Positions 52,150 through 64,000 of a stretch of DNA of 64,000 nucleotides are shown piece after piece. Each line of letters starts with the position of its first letter. Within the stretch, counting starts at the first letter, position 1. Source of the stretch: Raillietiella orientalis. Taxonomy: Eukaryota. Location of the stretch: positions 1,612,001-1,676,000 of the forward strand of contig JAYWIR010000022.1 of the NCBI GenBank assembly GCA_036172245.1. The letters are read 5' to 3'. The translations under genes and the position numbers were made by a program. The notes beneath the pieces were generated by a model. It was not told the DNA's origin. It did no database searches and saw nothing but the letters and a program-made list of their open reading frames with translations.

Positions 52150-53700
52150 CACTGAATGTAGAAGCCATTATTCGACCAGCATCTCAGCCGGAATCGGGCG
52201 AAGCGTGCACTGGAAGTAGCATTCTCTATTCATGTGTTGCAGGGATGCTGCAAATTTAAGGTTGCGATGCCCACAGAGTGTAGTTGTAAGTTCGGCAGGG
52301 AACTCGCCTTTCCAACGTACGGGAAGCTTGTAGGCTGGGAAAGCAAATTTTTGTCTTCGGTCGCATCCTAACTTGCCATCAACCACGGTACCCAGCGAGT
52401 TTTGCACCTCCCAATGAGTTTTTGCTCAGGCGCTATTTTTGAAGAAAGTCCATGGGAGGAATTAGCTGGAACTCCTGCTTCTGCTGACTACCTGAGCCAT
52501 TTTGGCAGGAGTAGCGGAGCACAGCAGTTTCGGAGAAAGACTTAAGCGATCCTTTCAGTTCGGGGGAAGACAGAGCTCACGAGATATCTCGATATTTTCT
52601 CGACTGACTTTGCGGAGGATTTCATCACACAACTCATTCTGTTTTGCACACGGTGGATCCATTTGGAAAGTGAAGAGTCCGCTGAATTTCTTAAAAGGCG
52701 ACTCCATTTTGCTGACGGAATCCTCCATACATGTTGCCATGCGGAGAAGAAGAGCACAACTGGCTCTTCCCACTCCCGGGAACTACGCCATGGTTGCATG
52801 TAGGAGCGAATCATCCTATGGAATGGGTGCGAGAAACGACAAGTGCATGCAGCTTCCTTTTTGAGTTAATGAGACTACCTCCGGGCAGAGGACGCAAGAG
52901 GTTGCGCTCCTGTTCTGTTTGAGTTGATGGACGTGGCGACAATCGGGAAACTAACCAACAACCTATGCACTCGAAGATCGTAATGGGTTCTCCCTCCTGG
53001 GTTCCTCATATGGTTTCCTTTCTCTTCTTTCACTTTACTTGCACTCCCACGGGTGCAAATGTTAGGCTAATTTTCTTTCTTGTCCTGCCAGCTCCGGCAC
53101 CAGCGGTGTCTGAAACCCACCGTTTCGTTGCGACTTCCTCGCGTCTCGGTTCCATTCCTGCAATTGATGACTTTGCCCTACATGCGGTCCCTGAATGTGC
53201 TCTTCCGCTTCTGCCAGCACGCCTCGTAGCTCACGCGAACCAATTCCGAGATGAAGTCGGTGACTGCACATGACATCCGTTTCCTGTCGACAACCGTCGG
53301 TAAGAAGTAGCAGCATCCCAGTCGTTGCATTGGTGAAATTGGAGCGGCACTGACGAGGGAAAGGCGTTTTTACCATCTGCTAGAGTGCTAGCAATCGATG
53401 AAACCACTACAGCGCAATCCTCCTCGTGCCGCAAAGACGAGGAGTCACTTGAGGAAGATGCATCTTCGGTTGGGAGAGTTTGAAATTTCAGTATTCGGCC
53501 GCCGCACCAATTTCCTGATTGCATTGATACGGTCGGGACTCAGTGCACGGTTTCGGGTCTCCGTTGACAGCACACGGCTACAACTCGCCAACTGCGTGAA
53601 CTCAAAGCGCTCAGGCTGTGTAATCCCATCCATTTGCTCGAACGGTTCAGTAAAGCTTGGATTCTTTGCTTGGATTCTCTGATCCAAAAAAAAAAAACTT
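52150..53700 (-). mobile_element. Decayed non-LTR reverse transcriptase (CR1/Jockey-like)
   Basis: Ordered degenerate motifs: RNRALSPDRINAIRKL (cf. KAPGPDGI), LLRNSADSSLSKWIHRVQNRMSCV (cf. WIxxxLxNRxQxV), LSLSPKLL (cf. GSxLSPxLF), LGTVVDGKL (cf. YLGVxIDxKL). Many stops and frameshifts. Confidence 0.45.
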
Positions 53701-55629
53701 TTCTCATTTCAATGCCGGTTCAATTCTGCGCTTTGCAACGCTCCGCAATACCAAGAGAAATGTGCTCACCTCTCGAGGTACGAAAGATGAATCTTCGGAC
53801 GCACTCATCCGCGTTGTGCCTTTCACAACCCTTGTAAATGTTATGAATGGAACCTGCAGATCGCTTAGAAAACCAGCGCGATTCACTAACCATGTTGGCT
53901 TTCTCCTTCGTGAAGACGAAGCGTTCCTCTGGCACGTAAACTTTGAGGCAGTGTTACCAGTAGGTGGTATTTCCGTTTGATATTCATTAAGGAGCTTTCG
54001 GAGTTCGATATTCCACGCCTTCGACCATGCAACAGTTCCAGGAGTACAACAGATTTCATCTTCCATCCGAATTATCCATCTCTCTCTTGCAAAATTTTCA
54101 GGTTCCTTGGTGCATACGTTTCTCCTCTAGAATGTGCACACGGCCCCACGTGAAAGCGATCTTCGGAGCACTAGCAGAACGCGAAAGGCCATCCGAATAC
54201 GAGACGGATGGTTTTCTTTCAAGGGAATGGGAAGCTGGAGTTTCACTCATTTTTTTGAGAGCTTGTTACTCGACCGGATCCACAAAGGAACGAAAACGAG
54301 GACTGCATTTGAAACTGCAAAAGATTTCGAGAGTGATGAGACAGTTTCATGTTTTTTGAACTTTGCAGTTCGCTATTCCAGAAAAGAGTACTTCATCAGC
54401 AGCGAGTACTTTTAGGTGGTGCGAATGATAAGGAATGTTTTCTCTAATCCCATCCGACCATCTCTCATTCTTCAGAGATTAGGAAGAAAGAACAGAAAAA
54501 ATGCTCTCTCGAAAGATATTTTTTCTCCTGATGCCGGAGCAGTTTTTTAGGTAAGCTGGAATTCCGTGCAACCATGGTTTGAACCATAAATCGAAGAGTA
54601 TCCGTCTGAATGAAAAATCGGCATCCTGTGCATATGTGCACTAAGGGTGTTTCCTTTGCCGGATGCAATGGAGGTGTACGGGGAAGACGATCCCCACATG
54701 AACGGTCATTGCAGAGAAGCATTCTCAACACACTTCGTTGGCATCGTATCGATGAGAGACTGACTAATTGACTGATTTGAGCACGTGATGAATTTCATAT
54801 TTGAAAAAAGTACGCAGGCTATATCGATAAAATCGATGAGAAGTTCAACGATTGGAGAGATCGAACATTCGAATCACTCCTCGTGAATCCATGACCTTTA
54901 CCGTCTGGGATGTCTGTTTCTAGGGAAAGAACTGGTGCTGGCAAGAAGACGCTGCACACCCTGAGCGGTTTCAGAGTGAGCAAGGAGAATTCCTCAACAT
55001 ATGAAATCCTCTTTCATCAACTTCAATTCAGGCCTCTAGCAATCGGAGTTAGCATGGGGAAGGGTTGATCCCCCAAATATATTTCACACCAGGTCGGGTT
55101 GCGCTCTCCTTTAGGAACAGTTCCCAAGCAGGGCTTCTGTCTGTCCGTGTGCATCCAGAGCGACCTTGCATGTAGAAACAGGTCATCCACGGATATGATT
55201 GGAAAACTGTGGATGCTGTGCAGGTGTGTTTCCGATGATCCGGCACTCAAAGATGCAATTTTTTTTTTCCCTCTGTCGAGTGTCCGTTTCTCTGCAAACG
55301 CCAACTGGTTCTACAAGCACTTACCAAGCTTTTTCTCACCCGGGTGCGCCAAGGCGTTTATTGCTAAACTATCCGGGAACAGAGTTCCCGGACAAAGGGC
55401 CCCCAAAAACGAAGGGAGGCTCCCCGACACACAGGTCGGTAAATCCGAAAGTCCGGAACGGGAGGGAGGGGACCGAAAATACACATATAGAAAAACATAA
55501 ACAAAAATATGGGGAGGGTAGAGGACAGGAGTCTTTTGCTTCGGCCGTTCCTTCCTTTCAGAACCGGCATTGGATGTCGGAGATCTCCTTCCTCACGTCC
55601 TCTGGAAGATGGGCCCACTCGGCAGCCGA

Positions 55630-56900
55630 CGTCATGTTGTCGTTCCACTGGCCTCTCGACGAATCGCCTGGGTTTCCAGCTGTCGGTGGACTTTGTCGAT
55701 GGTGCGGATGCAGCATACCGTTGCGACAACCGCACCTAAGAGCAGGCCGCCAGGCGTGAAGAAGCGGCGCATGGAATCCCTTGCGGTGCCCCGCTGGTGC
55801 AGGAGAGCTGAGGTCGGCCTCCGCCACAGTCCTTGGAGGACACCGCAGTCGAAAAGCAAGTGCGGGAGCGTTTCTGCCGCTCGCACCTTTCACAGTTCGG
55901 GGAGGAAACTCCCCCGGAAACAATGTTCGAGCGCTGGTTGCAATGGAAACCCCAATGCACCAGCATGATGACGTCCTGTTTCCAGTTCAGAGGGAACACA
56001 GAAGTGTTCAAACACGAGGGAGGGACCACAAGTTCTTCGGGGGGCACACTCAAGTGTTCACTCCACCGAAGGAGTACCTTCGGGATGTGGCGAGGCGTGG
56101 CGTCGTCTGCCAGTTCGCTCGTTCTGCAGCCGTCCACGGGTCGGGTTGCTACTGAAATAGTGCAGGCGATCTCCCACCTGCCGGTAGGCAACTGTCATCA
56201 CTTGCTCTGAGGGCAGATAGCGCTTCAGCGAGGGACGTAACGGCCAGACTAGTCCACTTGTCCTGGTTCTGCATCACCTTCTCCACTGGACAGTACGGAG
56301 AAAGGTTCACGCAACGGAGTTGCCAACGGACACTTCCCAAGCTTTATCGCCGCGACAGAACCTTTCAAACTGTTTGCGGTTTCATCATCCGACCTGGTGG
56401 TGATTCTGCTGCTGAGCCATTAATGCTCTGTCAGCCGGTTTGGGAACAAACCCATAATGTGGACCAGCTGTTACTCAAAAATTCACACAAAATGGAAGGC
56501 ACAACCCAATTCCATTGTGTTCGCTCCTGAACAAACACATTTCTCGCGCAAAACTGCGTTCCGTCTTGTGGACTCCCTCGTCAGCACACCGCATGCACCT
56601 TCTCGATCTTAAAGAGCTTCATTTTCAAAGGAATCGAAAGAGCGTTTAATGGATGTTATTTGATCCCGTTCCGAAAATAGGATGGTGGAACATCTCACAC
56701 TAATCCTACATTTCGTGTTCCGGACTGGAATCGCGTGTAAAACTACTGCTAAGGAGCAAGAAATTCTGCATAATTTTTGTCTTGTTTTCAGCATTTGCAT
56801 CCTCTGTTGCAGGAAGAAAGGGAACGCTGGTCCATTGTTCTCTTCCTCTACATAGCCTTTCCCTCTGCACGACTTGGCGCCATTTCCTACAATCATTCAC
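55630..56900 (-). mobile_element. Decayed L1/Tx1-clade ORF2 (RT core to C-terminal CCHC)
   Basis: In order: IVGNGAKS...GPAFPFFL (cf. NG..S..RG.RQG.PLSP.LF), STILFSE...FDSFENEAL, QLVHIMGLFP, then SPNCERC / ETLPHLLFDCGVLQGLW at ~55830-55900, the classic L1/Tx1 C-terminal zinc knuckle across a frameshift. Confidence 0.65.
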
Positions 56901-56999
56901 CTAAACAGCACCTACTTGATTGACACCAAGGAAGCAAATCATCCTTCGTCCTTCTCAGAGAAAGCTGCTGCCTTTTGTCGTCAGTCAAACTGTTCCCTT

Positions 57000-58050
57000 T
57001 CGCTTGTCTAGGTGCACATCCCCACATCTTTTTCTGCTCTGCATGCACTTTTTCCATCTATGGAGCACGTGTGTCGGGATGAGAAACATTCTATAGGGCA
57101 TCTTTCTCCTGGACGTTTCGAGAATGGGGATGCTCTTAGGCGCTTCAGTCGGTTTGCTCACCTTTATGCAGCCGTCTACAAGTCGTACCGTCCGAATTGC
57201 GCGAATTGCAGGTCCCTTTTTGCAGGTGGACACCATGGAATCAAGCGTGCTGCTTGCTTGCTGAGGGTGCTGCCTACAGAAACGACTACTGGGGGGGAGC
57301 GGGCACCGTCTTCGAAAGCGACGGCAAACCGTGCAGCCATTTTCACAGAATGCCTTACACCACAGCGACGTCCCAGGGAAGGCCACGTGGAGGCACTCTG
57401 CACGCGTGCTGAGAGACAGATACACACGCGCACTCGATTTCTGCAAGGAGCGAGCCGAAGCCTTTAAAACTGCTGCCATCCTTCCTGATTCCACTCTCAG
57501 TCCTGCAAAAACGGGAAATCCGTTCCGTGCTTTTGGAAACACAGAGCGTTGGACGACTGAATGAATTTCGGTGCAACGCTCTCGAACTGTGCCTCGTGTT
57601 CCTCCTGTTCCCTCGGCTGCGTTTCCCAGTTGACGAAGGCGAGAATTCGGAGCTGACCTTTCACTGTACATCAGCAACGGAAACTCTGGAATGCATGCCA
57701 GCATCGGAAGCAGGTTTTCCCGAACACGCATGAACAGCTTCTAGAGGTTGTCCACTCGGAGACCGAAATCCCATATACTGCTCTGCACCTGGACACGTAA
57801 ATCTCACATTCGAGTTTCTCTCCCGTAATGGTGGATGCTCTTTATATCCCCTCCGATTGAGGTTTTGCCTCGCATCGCAGGAAAGATGATTCCCTCAGTT
57901 TCATCACATGGCGGGTTTGCAACCTTTCCAAAGATTTCACTCCGCTTTCGAAATGATCCCATGAAAAATGTATCCAAAGGAGAAGAGAACCAGGATAAAG
58001 TGGATACTTTGGTGGACGTTTCGATTGGGGAGGCAGCGACCACTTCAAGT
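57000..58050 (-). mobile_element. Possible second L1/Tx1-like 3' fragment
   Basis: IISKAE*NLWKG, SSARVYLSL, PPAKRDLQFAQF and a very eroded knuckle-like segment; the order is consistent with an ORF2 C-terminus. Confidence 0.3.
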
Positions 58051-60086
58051 TCCGTGTTTCTTTCCCGTTCCCTTTCCGGTTGACCTCCGAGCCCCATGGA
58101 CTCGACTCCTTTCCCTTCCTCCTTGCTATTCTCAAGAATCGAATTCAGGGAGTTTTTTGTCATTCCTGCAGCAGTACAGTGGCTGCTGACGACCTTTTTA
58201 CAAGTTTTTTTCCCCCCATCTGGGCGTCACTTGCTGCACAGCCAGGCTCAGCATTGGAATCCGCGCTGCGGCTGACGCTCGTTAGTAGGGAATCGGCGAC
58301 ACGTTAGAATGGGAAAAATGTACAAAACGTGAAGTCTCACTCCATCTGCTCCCGTGCTAGGCTTCATTTTCCTGACGATTAATGGGAAAAACCCAAATGG
58401 AGTTTGAGTTTGAAAGATTACTTACAAATTCATGGTTTTCTTGCACTTTGCAGAGAAGGTGACTTTCGCGGGCCAATCAAATGCCTCTGTTGACTTTCTT
58501 CAGGAAAACCTTCGATTCTTTAGTTTCTAGACAGCACTGAAGTTTGTGCCATGCAGGTAAGGCTGGTGGGGCTACAAAATGCTGACAGCACCATGTCGCC
58601 TGACATGCAGCACCATAAGCGAAAGAAAAAAAGAAAAAGAACAACAACAACAACAACAAAAAAGGCCCATGGGTAGCTGATTTCCGGATTCGTTACAGGG
58701 GACGTCTCTGCCCAAATTGGTTTATTTTTGCTTTACTAGTGGGCCTTCTTTGCTCCAATGAAGAAGGAGTTTGTTTTGAAGAGCTGAGCAATCATGGAAG
58801 CTGCTTTCGTATATCTCCAGTAGAGCTGCCTGCGAGCGCAAGTATGGATTGTCATTCTTCTCAGGAGAATGCAGATGTCTCCAATCACAGTTCTTCAGAG
58901 ATAATCGAATCCGCTGATCCCATAGCCCTAGTGAATACGCCTTCTGAGGTCAGATCTGCTCATCAGTCAGTATGCAAAAATGATCCCTCTAGTTGTGATC
59001 TTGTGAAAGCTCTTGAGTCCTCACTGCCTTCTGGTACTATCGTTTCTGGTACTCTGGAGATAGAAACGCAATAGCTTAGCAGCAGCTAGAGGTTAAGTTG
59101 GCTAGTTCAGCTGGAATATTAGTTTTCGAGACAAAATGTGGCCAATGATCGCTATCTGTTACCACAAATGGATAGTAATCATACGTGTGAATCTGAACGG
59201 TGGCCAATTGTGATCAGATTAAGCGACTTATTCGAAATATTCATTTGATCAGCGAGTTTCGTAGAGAAAGTCCCAATTTACAAGTGGGTGGAGAAGTGCG
59301 CAAAGCTCGTCCAAATTACAAAGCCTGCAGTGTGGTATTGTGTGAAGTTCGGGAGAAAAAAAAAAACCCAATGGAAGAGGTCCGTGGTCTTTTTCAAAGG
59401 GAGTAAATGAGCTGTGCAGTTTGCTCGAACTTGAGGATTCCTGTCGAGAATTCAACATTGACGCTAAGTTGTGAACGAAATGGGGATAGAGTGCACAATG
59501 AACAGGTGGTCCAAGGTCGTGTTCTGGAAAGCTCTCTAGGAATGATGCAAATGATTTTTCTGGCATGCAAATGATTCCTCTGCACTTTACATTTCGAGAA
59601 ATGCATCCTGAGAAGCATTTCTTATTTAAACTGGATCATTAATTCCATTTTTCTCTTGACACCACTTGCACTAATCTACAGATCGCTTTAAATTCTCTGC
59701 CTACGCAGTTCAAAGTCCTGCGTATTCTCCTTCAAAGGGAGTGCTTTCCTGCTTATGGCATACAGTGGTCGTGATCAGTGATTCGGGATCTCACTGAGAT
59801 CAGATTTTATATTTCTGCTTCCTTAGATGATGTTGCAGGCCGATGTCTCTTAGTACGATGTGTGATCGTGTGTTTCGTTAGTCCCTGTTCTCCTTGTCAG
59901 TTAAGGATGAGCAAGCCAAAATGCAAGCTTAGCTCGAATTGCGCGCGTAATCACTTAGCAAGAGCAGGTTGATATCTGTCGATCCACATCGAAGCTGAGA
60001 AAGGAGCAGATATCCCACTTTACGCTTGTTACTATGATTCTCTTTTTCAGATCAGTACCGCGCAAAAGAGATCGCCGCTAGGACAA

Positions 60087-61693
60087 ATGAGGTCTTCGTC
60101 GACGCTCGTACCGACCCTGGTAGTGTTGATTTTTGCAGTAATGATAGCTGAATCTTGCTGGAAAGTGGAAAACTTAGAAGAATTAGCACAATACTCAAGC
60201 ACTACCACGCTGTACAATTATTCGAGAGGAAACGATTTATCGAAACAGTTCCCAAGTACCACTGCCGTTCTTCATTCACTAAAGGTACATTGAAATGTTT
60301 TTCATTCAGATTGCAAAGCCACAAAAGGGTGGTGGTACTGCCGACATGGAGCAAGAATCCCTGGAGAGAATGAAGTCAGAACAACGACAAAGATGTTGCT
60401 TCCCATTGCGTCCCAACTTGCAGACAATCTGAAGAAGAAGAAAGGTTCGCATGTTCAAATGATTTTTTGTAGAGGCGTTCATTTCTTTCAGCACATATCT
60501 GTTCAAGCGATGAAGAATTCATTGAAAAGTTCAAGAAGTGGAACTGGGATTTTGGTAACGAAAATTTGGGTGTAATGGTGGAGAACGGCATAACAGAACT
60601 GAAAGAATACGGAAGAAGATGCAGAGAAGCCTTTGAGTTTTTGGTGGATCCTTCTCATGAAATACGTGTGAGCGCACTTGATATTTCTTTTGGTTGCTAG
60701 ACTTATCTCCAGTACGGCACTGATGATACCAAAAGAAACAATGCTAGCATAAACGCTTTAATGGAGAGTCTCGACAGACATACAAATCTGCAAAGATTGT
60801 TGCCTAGTAGTAGAAAAATGCGCAGCCTTACAAGGGTGAGTACCGCTTGTGTACAGAAAATGCATCGACGTGTACGCTTTCTTCAAAAGCCGCAAGATTA
60901 CTGCGTGGTATGGAAGGAGCAGAAGGGAAGCAATAAAAATGCGGAACAGCAGAATAAGAAGTTTTCTCAAGGAAAATACATGCAGGGCGTGATGAAAAGA
61001 TTAAAAGGAAAAACAAAAATTGAGTCATTAACTGAGGGTAGGTCAACGCAGTGCGTATGAAAATATGGAAATGATTGTAGAGCATGCATTGCTTATGTAT
61101 GAGGTATGCAACTACGAGAATACTTGGAGTAGTGCTGAAGTATCACCATGGTGTCATCTGTTTGAAAAAGAGGATTTGAAAATTCTTCAGTACATGATGG
61201 ATTTACAAAGCTACGGTAAATTTATTGCCGGAGTGCCGCTGAGTACCCAACTGGCATGTTTCGCGCTCTCTGATATTCTGGACCATCTCAAGTGAGTATA
61301 AGGAAACACTCACTGAATCAGTCTGACCAAATGGTGCACAGGGGAGGGTCGCGCAGTTCAATCTATTTTGCACATGGAGGATCCCTCTTGAGACTGGATA
61401 GTCTGCTAGGCATCTACAAAAGCGAGTCACCTCTACGAGGGGACAACTACGAAGAAATGTCTGAAAGGAAATTCAAATTAAGCATGGTGGCCCCCTACCT
61501 TTCCAACTACGCCGTGATAGTCTATAGATGTGGATCAATCGACAAAATGGCCTTCTATAGGAACGAAAATCTTCTGAATCTTCCTTTTTGTAAGCAAGAG
61601 GGTATGTGTTCACTTGAGACAGCGATACAAGAGCTGGAAAAAATTCAAAAAGGCGTCTGCAAAGACATCGAAAGACTTTGCGACATGCTATGA
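60087..61693 (+). CDS. MINPP1: MINPP1-like paralog C; signal peptide, no C-terminal TM
   Basis: MRSSSTLVPTLVVLIFAVMIAES signal-like N-terminus; intron ~60256-60309; CKATKGWWYCRHGARIP; DDTKRNNAS; MYEVCNYENTW..SPWCHLFEKEDLKILQYMMDL; SSIYFAHGGSLLRLDSLLGI; FKLSMVAPYLSN; ends LCDML*. Confidence 0.88.
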
Positions 61694-62089
61694 CCACCCC
61701 GTGAAAGATCCATTCAGAAATCCGAATAAAGTTTCATTTCCACAGACGTCGATCCTGTTCAGAGGGGAAAGTTCAGAGAGAAAATCCCACTTCGCGCATG
61801 CGAATTCCACTCTAAGCAAAGCCAAGATGTATCCGTTATAAGGAGATGACGTCTTGACTGTTGTGGATGAGCAGCCTCACTACGTGACCACGGCGAGGCG
61901 TATACTGAAAGCAGGAAGAAATTTTCAAGCAGATTCGTAAGAAACGCCTTGCTGCGTCGTGGCGAGGTCTCGGTGGTCGGCCCGAATGAACAGTCAGTCA
62001 AGAGTGGAGTTCACGACACATCAACCACCGTCTGCCGCTATTATCTGATGTCCAGCAGCCATTACCTCCCCACTTTGCTGACGGAACGA

Positions 62090-63600
62090 AATGTTCCTCA
62101 TGGCAGCGAGACGCGCCAACAGTGCCTCCCGAATTCGTAGTCCAACGCCAGGAAAATGCTTCTTACTTCATGCGGATCTTCGGGTCGGACTAGAGACCCT
62201 TGCGATGCAACGATTTCTCCATAGCCACCCATCTGAGATTGACATTGCATGCTGTCCCACATGCGTGGCACGAGAGGAACGCAGTGCTGAGGAGCCAGTT
62301 CGAACTGCATCGTGGCTCTACTGGACGTCACCCGTCTAGTAAGGGGTGGCAACCCTGATTGAACAGACAAGCAGCTTCTGTCGAAGGACAAAGAGCGGAG
62401 GAAAATTGGTACTTCTTTCTCTGGCTGCGATAGGGACCAAGGAACGCAAAGAGGCCACTCATCTGCCAGTATATCCCGCTGTGCTCCACCGTTTCAAGTG
62501 TTGGCTTAGCAAGCAAATGATGCTGCTCTCCAACAGTCACAAAAAGAGAGGAATTTCTTGGCGGTCACGTCGATTCTTGAGCAAAACTAAGCTGCGAAGA
62601 AGCGAGGAGTGCCATCTTGCTCGGACCAACGCAGCCAATGCTCATTTCGCATCTTTCCACTTCTTTCCAGTTCCTCGATTCGTTGCATGTGACTGCGAAC
62701 GCTGGAGGAAGCTGTGGCTTTCAAAGAAAGGTACCTCGTCCTCGGGGACCCTGATACGGAAGCCTCATGTGCGACTTGCGGGAACAAAGGTGAGCTCACA
62801 AGATTCAGGTCGCCACGACGAGCGGACCTGAAACTTGTTCTGAGAAGTGAAGAGAGGCTGCAAACCCCAAGGGTAGGCTTGCCCATCTCTCAGATGAGCA
62901 GATTCATGCATTCGGGCTGTCCTATGACAGGAAGAAGTGAGTGTTGAGGATAATCGAGTGCAGCGTGAAGCAAAATGGGAACGACGGGCATCTCACATTT
63001 TCTGGAGCATGGAAGGCCTCGTTAATACCAATGCATTCATTTCACCAGCAGCTGAAGCGAATGCGATTGCTGGCTATTCGAATGTGAACTCATTTCCCTG
63101 GCGGCAAGAGTGCACGGTATAAGAGATGAGATACAGTACGTGTCTTCTTGGGGAATCGATTCAGAAAACTCTCCGACTTTGATCTTTCCGCTCCTGTCTA
63201 TTCTTTCTCGAGAACATGGTCTCAACGTTCTTAGTGACTGTGGAGGTTTTCTCTTGCAAAGGCTGCAAGGGCCTTCCAGAGCGAAAGAAGTGCACCAAAG
63301 CATGCGGACGAGAGCATGGCGCGCATCTCCTATGCACTTCCGGAAGATTTCCTCACTGCTGTAAACGCATCTCCTATGCATTCTTGGTTGGCCCACTGTG
63401 GATGACATGCATCCGGAAAGCGGGAAGCCGCGTGATGACGTGGACTTGGTTGCCATGCGCGCGCATCTGCCTTGCTTATTCAGAACCATCGCTCTTCGAC
63501 TTGCGAGCGGTTAAGGAGTCGTGGAGAAATGGAAATCTTCCGAACGTCCGCTTTCTGGGCAGCAGTGCAGTCTTCAGTCTTTGCTTTTGGCGGTAGCGAA
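62090..63600 (+). mobile_element. Decayed Ty3/Gypsy pol (RNase H linker then integrase)
   Basis: PTPGKCFLLHADLRVGLETLAMQ (cf. PDxxKPFxLxTDASxxGLGAVLxQ), DIACCPTCVAREER (cf. PIAxxSRxLxxAER), HIFWSM...SS*SEC (HHCC remnant), FRKLSDFDLSAPV, FLVTVEVFS, PLWMTCIRKAG. RH-then-IN order is Gypsy-like. No LTR identified. Confidence 0.4.
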
Positions 63601-64000
63601 GCACGTGCTTGGTGCCGAGAACGGAAAACAACGGAGGAGATAGTCCATAACGTTGCTCGCTAGTACCTTTGTGTCTTTCCTTGTTTTCCCTGAACTTGCA
63701 TCATCCCTGATCATCGTTGGTTCTTTTCTCGAGAGATACTCAGAGAGAAGCTGCAAGATTTCAATCGAAGGAGTTGCCGCAAAGTCTGCGTGGCGCGGCG
63801 GTTCTTCCGCACACGACATCTATCCGGCCACTGAAAGATTTGGAAACGGTGTCGAGAACTGTCTGTCCACCGCATCGCTGTCCTCACAGCGGAAGAACAG
63901 AAGAACAACGAGCTCTCCATTTCTTCTCTTACGTACAGCTGAATGAGTCGACAGATGGAATCACGGGCAATGGATTGGTTTCGGGAAGCTGCGTCAGGAT

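Noticed and set aside
58739..59600. Ser-rich ORF and DRVH-containing segment as an L1/CR1 ORF1 remnant
   Set aside because: Resemblance rests on a few residues; insufficient without a profile search.
60285..60309. Apparent 25-nt intron in MINPP1-C
   Set aside because: It puts the RHG exon out of frame; the donor at 60256 (54-nt intron) restores the frame.
1..64000. CRISPR arrays, prokaryotic operons or defence systems, tRNA or rRNA genes
   Set aside because: The sequence is intron-containing eukaryotic DNA; I saw no regularly spaced repeats or tRNA/rRNA signatures, though a covariance scan was not possible.

Overview
Eukaryotic (metazoan, probably arthropod-like) genomic DNA, not prokaryotic; most of the ORF track is spurious or split by introns. 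Positions ~1-43 kb are an AT-rich, compact block of spliced genes: ATP23(-), HMGCL(+), MINPP1-like A(-), MINPP1-like B(-), MRPL12(-), MRPL53(+), STAM(-), ABT1/ESF2(+) and an SDR16C-type dehydrogenase(-). They are arranged largely as head-to-head and tail-to-tail pairs, with many 38-54 nt introns. Positions ~43-64 kb are visibly richer in GC/CpG and appear to be a graveyard of decayed retroelements (CR1/L2-like, L1/Tx1-like, Gypsy-like), with a third intact MINPP1-like paralog C(+) embedded. Most notable: three MINPP1 paralogs with diverged second active-site motifs (QKG/HEG/HGG) and different C-termini; an operon-like ~100-nt spacing between MRPL12 and MINPP1-B; a scrambled U2 snRNA-derived insertion; ABT1 and SDR stop codons 15 nt apart; and two hairpins. 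All gene models were spliced by hand and family assignments come from recalled motifs; no searches were run. I cannot support a wholly new biological system from sequence alone.
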